A stretch of DNA of 64,000 nt from Bugula neritina (taxonomy: Eukaryota; Animalia; Bryozoa): positions 18,811,081 to 18,875,080 of the forward strand of contig OZ037766.1 of the NCBI GenBank assembly GCA_964035545.1. The letters are read 5' to 3'. The position numbers and the translations under genes were made by a program. Shown here in pieces: positions 57,101 to 64,000 of the stretch (position 1 is the stretch's first letter; the number at the start of each line of letters is the position of its first letter). A model generated the notes under the pieces. That model saw only the letters and a list, made by a program, of their open reading frames with translations. It ran no database searches and had not been told where the DNA came from.

Positions 57101-60100
57101 TATGTTGCAGTATATTTCAATGTGGTGCACTGTATTTCAATATGTTACTGTGTACTTCAGTATGTTGTAGTATGTTGCAGTGTATTTCAGCATGTTGCAG
57201 TGTATTTCAGTATGTTTCAGTGTATTTCTGTATGTTGCAGTATATTTCAGTATGATACAATAAGTTTCAGTATGTTGAAGTATATTTCAGTGGGTTACAG
57301 TATATTTCAGTATGATACAGTGCATTTCGGTGCGTTACAGTATATTTCAGTATGATACAGCGTATTTCAGTATGTTTCAGTGTATTTCAGTATACTTCAA
57401 TATTTTTAGGTATATTTCAGTATGTTGAAGTATATTTTAGTATATTGCAGTGTCATTCAATATGTTACAGTGTATTTCAGTATGTTGCAGTATGTTGCAG
57501 TGTATTTCAGTATGTTGCAGTGTATTTCAGTATGTTGCAGTATGTTCTAGTATATTTCAGTATGTTACAGTGTATTTCAGTATGTTGCAGTGTATTTCAG
57601 TGTGTTACAGTATATTTCAGTATGTTACAGTATATTTCTTTATATTACACTATATTTCAGTGAGTTGCAGTGTAGTTCAGTGTGCTACAGCATATTTCAG
57701 TATGTTGCAGTGTTTTTCAATTTGTTACAGTACATTTCAGTATATTACCGTAAATTTAAGTATGTTAAAGTTTATTCCGATGTGTTGCAGTGTATTTCAG
57801 TATGATACAGTGTATTTCAGTATGTTGCAGTATTTTGCAATATATTTCAAATGTTACAGTGTATTTCGGTATGTTGCAGTATATTTCAGTATGATACAGC
57901 GTATTTCAGTATGTTTCAGTGTATTTCAGTATGCTTCAATCTTTTTAAGTATATTTCAGTATGTTGAAGTATATTTCAGTGGGTTACAGTATATTTCAGT
58001 ATGATACAGTGCGTTTCGGTGCGTTACAGTATATTTCAGTATGATACAGCGTATTTCAGTATGTTTCAGCGTATTTCAGTATGCTTCAATATTTTTAAGT
58101 ATATTTCAGTATGTTGAAGTATATTTTAGTATGTTGCAGTGTAATTCAGTATGTTGCGGTATATTTCAGTATGTTGTCGTATGTTTCAGTGTTTTACAGG
58201 ACATTTCTGTATATTACAGTATACTTGAGTGTGTTGCAGTGTATTTGAGTATGCTGCGATATGTTTAAATGTGTTACAGTATATTTCAGTAGTTTACCAT
58301 ATATTTCGGTATGTTGCAGTATATTTCAATGTGTTGCACTGCATTTCAATATGTTACAGTATATTTCATTTTGTTGCAGTATGTTGCAGTATATTTCAGT
58401 AGTTTGCAACATATCTCAGTAGGTTACCATATATTTCGGTATGATGCAGCATATTTCAGTATGTTACAGTGTATTTCAGTATGTTGCGGTATCTTGCAGT
58501 ATATTTGAGTATGTAGCAGTATATTTCAGTATGCTGCAGTCTGTTTCAGTATATTACAGTATATTTCAGTATTCTGCAGTATGTCTCAGGGTGTTACAGT
58601 ATATTTCATTATGTTGCAGTATGTTGCAGTATATTTCAGTAGTTTGCAACATATTTCTGTAGGTTACCATATATTTCGGTATGTTGCAGCATATTTCAAT
58701 CTGTTGCAGTGTTTTCAGTATGTTGCAGTATATTTCAGTGGGTTATAGTATATTTCAGTATGATACAGCGTAGTTCAGTATGTTGCAAAGGTTTTCAATA
58801 TGTTGCAGTATATTTAAGTATGCTGCAGTATGTTTCAGTGGGTTACAGTATATTTCATTATGTTGCAGTATGTTGCAGTATATTTCAGTAGTTTGCAACA
58901 TATTTCAGTAGGATACCATATATTACGGTATGTTGCAGTATATTTCAATGTGTTGCAGCGTATTTCAATATGTTACAGTGTTTTTCAGTATGTTGCAGTA
59001 TGTTGCAGTGTATTTCAGTATGTTATGGTGCATTTCAGTATGTTTCAAAATTTTTAGGTATATTTCAGTATGTTGAAGTATATTTTAGTATGTTGCAGTG
59101 TAATTCAGTATGTTGTCGTATGTTTTAGTATTTTACAGTAAATTTCTGTATATTGCAGTATACATCAGTGTGTTGCAGTGTATTTGAGTATGCTGCGATA
59201 TGTTTAAATGTGTTACAGTATATTTCAGTAGTTTACCATATATTTCGGTATGTTGCAGTATATTTCAATGTGTTGCACTGCATTTCAATATGTTACAGTA
59301 TATTTCATTTTGTTGCAGTATGTTGCAGTATATTTCAGTAGTTTGCAACATATCTCAGTAGGTTACCATATATTTCGGTATGTTGCAGTATATTTCAATG
59401 TGCTGCAGTGTATTTCAATATGTTGCAGTGTATTTCAGTGTGTTACAGTATATTTCAGTATGTTACAGCACATTTCTTTGTATTACACTATATTTCAGTG
59501 AGTTGCAGTGTAGTTCAGTGTGCTACAGCATATCTGAGTATGTTGCAGTGTTTTTCAATTTGTTACAGTATATTTCAGTATATTACCGTATATTTAAGTA
59601 TGTCAAAGTTTATTCCGATGTGTTGCAGTGTATTTCAGTATGTTTCAGTGTATTTCTGTATGTTGCAGTGTTTTGTAATATATTTCAAATGTTACAGTGT
59701 ATTTCAGTGTGTTGCAGTATATTTCAGTATGATACAATAAGTTTCAGTATGTTGAAGTATATTTCATTGGGTTACAGTATATTTCAGTATGATACAGTGC
59801 ATTTCGGTGCGTTACAGTATATTTCAGTATGATACAGCGTATTTCAGTATGTTTCAGTGTATTTCAGTATACTTCAATATTTTTAGGTATATTTCAGTAT
59901 GTTGAAGTATATTTTAGTATATTGCAGTGTCATTCAATATGTTACAGTGTATTTCAGTATGTTGCAGTATGTTGCAGTGTATTTCAGTATGTTATGGTGT
60001 ATTTCAGTATGTTTCAAAATTTTTAGGTATACTTCAGTATGTTGAATTATATTTTAGTATGTTGCAGTGTAATTCAGTATGTTGCAGTATATTTCAGTGT

Positions 60101-61938
60101 GTTGTCGTATGTTTTAGTATTTTACAGTACATTTCTGTATATTACAGTATACATCAGTGTGTTGCAGTGTACTTCAGTACGTTGCGGTGTGTTTCAATGT
60201 GTTACAGTATATTTCAGTAGTTTACCATATATTTCGGTATGTTGCAGTATATTTCAATGTGGTGCACTGTATTTCAGTATGTCACTGTGTATTTCAGTAT
60301 GTTGTAGTATGTTGTAATGTATTTCAGTATGTTGCAGTGTATTTCAGTATGTTGCAGTATGTTGCAGTGTATTTCAGTATGTTACAGTGTATTTCAGTAT
60401 GTTGCAGTATTTTGCAGTATATTTCAGTATGCTGCATTATATTTCAGTATGTTGCAGTATATTTCAGTATGTTGCAGTATGTTTTAGTACTTTACAGTTC
60501 ATTTCTGTATATTACAGTATACATCAGTATGTTGCAGTGTCCTTCAGTATGTTGCGATGTGTTTCAATGTGTTACAGTATATTTCAGTAGTTACCATATA
60601 TTTCGGTATGTTGCAGTATATTTCAATGTGGTGCACCGTATTTCAATATGTTACTGTGTACTTCAGTATGTTGTAGTATGTTGCAGTGTATTTCAGTATG
60701 TTGCAGTGTATTTCAGTATGTTGCAGTATGTTCTAGTATATTTCAGTATGTTACAGTGTATTTCAGTATGTTGCAGTGTATTTCAGTGTGTTACAGTATA
60801 TTTCAGTATGTTACAGTATATTTCTTTATATTACACTATATTTCTGTGAGTTGCAGTGTAGTTCAGTGTGCTACAGCATATTTCAGTATTTTGCAGTGTT
60901 TTTCAATTTGTTACAGTACATTTCAGTATATTACCGTAAATTTAAGTATGTTAAAGTTTATTCCGATGTGTTGCAGTGTATTTCAGTATGATACAGTGTA
61001 TTTCAGTATGTTGCAGTGTTTTGCAATATATTTTAAATGTTACAGTGTATTTCAGTGTGTTGCAGTATATTTCAGTATGATACAATAAGTTCCAGTATGT
61101 TGAAGTATATTTCAGTGGGTTACAGTATATTTCAGTATGATACAGTGCATTTCGGTGCGTTACAGTATATTTCAGTATGATACAGCGTATTTCAGTATGT
61201 TTCAGTGTATTTAGGTATACTTCAATATTTTTAGGTATATTTCAGTATGTTGAAGTATATTTTAGTATGTTGCAGTGTCATTCAATATGTTACAGTGTAT
61301 TTCAGTATGTTGCAGTATGTTGCAGTGTATTTCAGTATGTTATGGTGTATTTCAGTATGTTTCAAAATTTTTAGGTATACTTCAGTATGTTGAATTATAT
61401 TTTAGTATGTTGCAGTGTAATTCAGTATGTTGCAGTATATTTCAGTGTGTTGTCGTATGTTTTAGTATTTTACAGTACATTTCTGTATATTATAGTATAC
61501 ATCAGTGTGTTGCAGTGTACTTCAGTACGTTGCGGTGTGTTTCAATGTGTTACAGTATATTTCAGTAGTTTACCATATATTTCGGTATGTTGCAGTATAT
61601 TTCAATGTGGTGCACTGTATTTCAGTATGTCACTGTGTATTTCAGTATGTTGTAGTATGTTGTAATGTATTTCAGTATGTTGCAGTGTATTTCAGTATGT
61701 TGCAGTGTATTTCAGTATGTTACAGTGTATTTCAGTATGTTGCAGTATTTTGCAGTATATTTCAGTATGCTGCATTATATTTCAGCATGCTGCAGTATAT
61801 TTCAGTATGTTGCAGTATGTTTTAGTACTTTACGGTTCATTTCTGTATATTACAGTATACATCAGTATGTTGCAGTGTCCTTCAGTATGTTGCGATGTGT
61901 TTCAATGTGTTACAGTATATTTCAGTAGTTACCATATA
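54122..61938 (+). repeat. Truncated macro-unit III; near-identical to 1-5290 plus extra 1348-bp units
   Basis: Offsets are 54121 (854/54975), 55469 (854/56323, 1182/56651) and 55420 (1932/57352, 4409/59829). Rare variants AATAAGTTCC, GTGTATTTAGG and GGATACCATA are shared with the window start. Confidence 0.8.
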
Positions 61939-62834
61939 CACAGTTAGTTTAAGGTCATTACTTTCCAGATGCAGGCACTGCTTTATGTTATATATAAACG
62001 GTTTCCAGGGGATAGCTCGAACAGTTTTTGTCTCACATTAACAAATTTTACATGAAAAGATAGCTCTTGCATTCCTCTTTCATATACTTTTTTAATTTTT
62101 CAATAAAAAATTTTCTGAGAAAGTTGTTGCATAATAAGTAAAATTTTACACCCTCCATGTTCTACTGCTGTAGCACAGGGGATTCATTTTATAAAGTCTA
62201 AAAGTTAAACTTGACATTCCTTAATATGTTTTCTCTAATATACTTTCTTTGTTTTTTGAAATTCTGTTTATGCTCTTCACAATTTGGTAAAAACATACAC
62301 CATTTTGCAAGTTTCACTGCAATTATCTAAATTCTTCATATGGTGGTTCTAGCTACGCTCCTGTGACTAATTATAACATTCCTAGTACGTTTGCCGCTCT
62401 GCGCTATCACAATAACATATAGTACCCTCTCGCACAAATTGGCAATCTATTGGATTTCTGCCAATATAATGTTCCCTGTTTTACATTAGCACTTAGCTGA
62501 ATCATCTCACTATGTTACAATCTATTGACAATGCCTCAGCACAACATAATTCTTTGTTTGTTTGGCAGAGTTAATTTCAGCTAAATCACTTCACTTTGCA
62601 GTCTTGTCAGTAAAGGTCTGTCTATAGTGCAGCAGTTGTACTTCCAGTTTCTCTAATTCACATATGATTATTTTAAGTACATTGTATTCTATAAGATCAA
62701 TTTAAAGTTTAGCCCAGTGTTCAGTAGCTAAGTATTATGCATGTATGTTGTCTTACTGTTGAACAAAAGTTAAAAAAAAACTTTACAATTATAGCCATAT
62801 TTATTATACATGCGTAGGATTTGCATAAATTGAC

Positions 62835-62843
62835 AAAAAAAAA
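62835..62843 (-). terminator. Putative Pol III terminator (T9 on the minus strand)
   Basis: An A9 run on the + strand lies immediately 3' of the tRNA-like element. Pol III terminates at oligo-dT runs. Confidence 0.55.
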
Positions 62844-62855
62844 TGCAGCATAATA

Positions 62856-62865
62856 GGATTGAACC
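62856..62865 (-). promoter_or_regulatory. Pol III type-2 internal promoter B box (GGTTCAATCC)
   Basis: Matches GTTCRANNC and lies 32 nt downstream of the A box, a tRNA-like spacing. Confidence 0.65.
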
Positions 62866-62897
62866 ATGACCAACCAGCTTCTCGCTGACGCCTTTAA

Positions 62898-62908
62898 CCT
62901 CTAGACCA
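62898..62908 (-). promoter_or_regulatory. Pol III type-2 internal promoter A box (TGGTCTAGAGG)
   Basis: Fits the TRGYNNARNGG A-box pattern and starts at nucleotide 8 of the tRNA-like element. Confidence 0.6.
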
Positions 62909-63840
62909 CGCAGTCACCGTTAATAAATTGTCAACTATATGAGTAACTATGAGTACATAAATATTTTGCGCGCAAATGGGTTATAATTATTAGGCTGTCA
63001 ATTCATGTTGATAGCAGTCAACTGTTGCAATAGTCTCGGGTTACTAGCAAAGCTAATGGTTTTGAACAAATAACCCAAAAGTTTAAAAATAAGTAGCTTG
63101 CGTATTACTAGCTACAAAAACAGGTCTGAAATAGACTGGTAAAGCAAGCTCTTATTGTAGAGTTTGCAGATGTGCTCTAAAATAAAACTTAAACTGTATG
63201 CTATTACATAAGTATTTGTATGCGAGAGATATAAATGGACATTACTGAGTTTCTGGAAAACAACATACTTGAAGTTAACTTTGACAATGGTGTTTTCTTT
63301 TCATCATAGCTAGCCTATAGCATAAATCTCTAATCATATGAATCTTTATGAAGCCCACAGCTCATGTAAGGGTGGCAATGTAATTTGAAACGAACAATTA
63401 TGTTGCTGCATTGTGTCTAAGGTATATTAGAGAGCAGAATTTGGTTTTACTAGCCTACCCCAACGGCATTCTACAATGCAGCTTATATGCTGGCAGTTGT
63501 AATAAGTACAGCCGATAGCAAGGTTACTATCACTGCTAGCTCTGTGCAGTATGTAACCTCTTGAATAATTGCGCCAGTTTTAAACTCTTGGAAGTTGGCC
63601 AAGTTATCATATCGCAGCCAGCCACCGGAAACAAAGCTTCAGAGCTATTCATATAATATTATACTGATGCACTTGGTAGCAGAGTGGCTAATCTAATATA
63701 GTTCATAGTTCAACACCCTTTACTTTGGGAATACAGCCTCTTTTTTTAGGTTTACCTTACAAAGCATGAACATATCTAAACTGATATTCTGATAATTTAG
63801 AGGTACATTTTGAAAACTAGGTTAATTGCACTTGTTTGCA

Positions 63841-63932
63841 CAACAACAATAATAAAATAGATATTATGCAGTATAATAAAAACACACATAATACTATATA
63901 ATATATTATAATGATAATAATATAATATTATA
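63841..63932. repeat. Low-complexity AT-rich tract (CAA/TAA/ATA-rich)
   Basis: CAACAACAATAATAAAATAG...ATACTATATAATATATTATAATGATAATAATATAATATTATA. Confidence 0.6.
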
Positions 63933-64000
63933 AGTACCATTACTGCATTTTATAAATCACATGGTTGCCAAAAAAATGTATCACAAATTTTGTAATTATA

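Larger units (their letters stand above)
1..61938 (+). repeat. Satellite DNA array, 10-bp monomer (CAGTRTRTTN) arranged mainly as a 20-bp dimer CAGTATGTTG-CAGTRTATTT; about 6,190 monomers, head-to-tail, open at the 5' edge of the window
   Basis: CAGT recurs every 10 bp throughout. Commonest monomers are CAGTATGTTG, CAGTATATTT, CAGTGTATTT and CAGTATGTTA. No inverted block was seen. The repeat stops after ...TTCAGTAGTTACCATATA (61938), where other copies continue TTTCGG. Confidence 0.99.
62844..62915 (-). pseudogene. tRNA-like RNA polymerase III element (degenerate tRNA pseudogene, tRNA-derived SINE head, or small ncRNA); no anticodon assignable
   Basis: Minus strand reads GACTGCG TG GTCT AGAGGTTAA AGGC G TCAGC GAGAA GCTGG TTGGT CATGG TTCAATC CTATT ATGCTGCA. 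D stem 4/4, anticodon stem 5/5, T stem 4/5 (G-U allowed), with tRNA-like spacing. The anticodon loop is only 5 nt and the acceptor stem pairs poorly. Confidence 0.65.
61939..64000. other. AT-rich non-satellite flank, apparently non-coding (intergenic or intronic)
   Basis: The 10-bp periodicity is lost. The supplied track has no ORF here on either strand. Homopolymer A/T runs are frequent. Confidence 0.85.

Noticed and set aside
1-61938. CRISPR array or diversity-generating cassette
   Set aside because: There is no constant repeat alternating with unique spacers. All variation is point change within one decamer and is itself copied in blocks. No cas, reverse transcriptase or recombinase gene is present.
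1-61938. Telomeric repeat
   Set aside because: No G-run telomere motif. The monomers are heterogeneous with kb-scale higher-order structure, which fits recombinational satellite evolution rather than telomerase addition.
1-61938. Identity with a named satellite (e.g. the TTGCA-containing germline-limited Parascaris repeat) or assignment as a centromere
   Set aside because: Only a 5-mer is shared and I do not recognise the decamer. Centromeric or eliminated status cannot be read from sequence and needs CENH3 ChIP or germline/soma coverage.
14-61947. Hundreds of overlapping + strand ORFs encoding C/S/V/F/Q/Y-rich peptides (up to 284 aa)
   Set aside because: The consensus contains ATG and no TAA/TAG/TGA. 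Because 10 is not a multiple of 3, all three frames give the same peptide pattern. The ORFs overlap in every frame, end at random variant monomers, and are broken by -1 indels. They were used only as positional barcodes.
62844-62915. Functional tRNA gene
   Set aside because: A 5-nt anticodon loop and a largely unpaired acceptor stem are incompatible with a canonical tRNA, so it is reported as a tRNA-like element instead.
63550-63656. Possible exon after TGTGCAG (short open frame CNLLNNCASFKLLEVGQ...)
   Set aside because: Only about 34 codons, with no recognisable protein similarity and no supporting gene structure.
62713-63875. Satellite-like words in the flank (CAGTGTTCAGTAG near 62714, TGCAGTATGT 63545-63554, TGCAGTATA 63867-63875)
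   Set aside because: These are isolated matches of 10 bp or less with no 10-bp periodicity around them, compatible with chance in AT-rich DNA.

Overview
No protein-coding gene is supported in this window. Bases 1-61938 are one uninterrupted, single-orientation satellite array of about 6,190 10-bp monomers (consensus CAGTRTRTTN, mostly alternating CAGTATGTTG/CAGTATGTTA with CAGTATATTT/CAGTGTATTT, a 20-bp dimer). Variant monomers act as barcodes and show a nested higher-order structure: old 140-370 bp sub-repeats, a 1348-bp unit, younger duplications with periods of 819, 2997, 3145 and 3555 bp, and a collinear macro-unit of about 27 kb (I 1-27118, II 27119-54121, III 54122-61938, truncated). 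The hundreds of + strand ORFs are artefacts of a stop-free consensus. The array ends abruptly at 61938. It is followed by about 2 kb of AT-rich, apparently non-coding, eukaryote-like DNA. This flank holds a minus-strand tRNA-like RNA polymerase III element (A box, B box, partial cloverleaf with a 5-nt anticodon loop, T9 run) that points toward the array and is bracketed by a 12-bp near-perfect direct repeat. The main monomer is a purine/pyrimidine palindrome that is fully self-complementary as RNA via G-U pairs on the + strand only. All offsets and counts were derived by hand from the sequence and the ORF track. The organism cannot be identified from this window.
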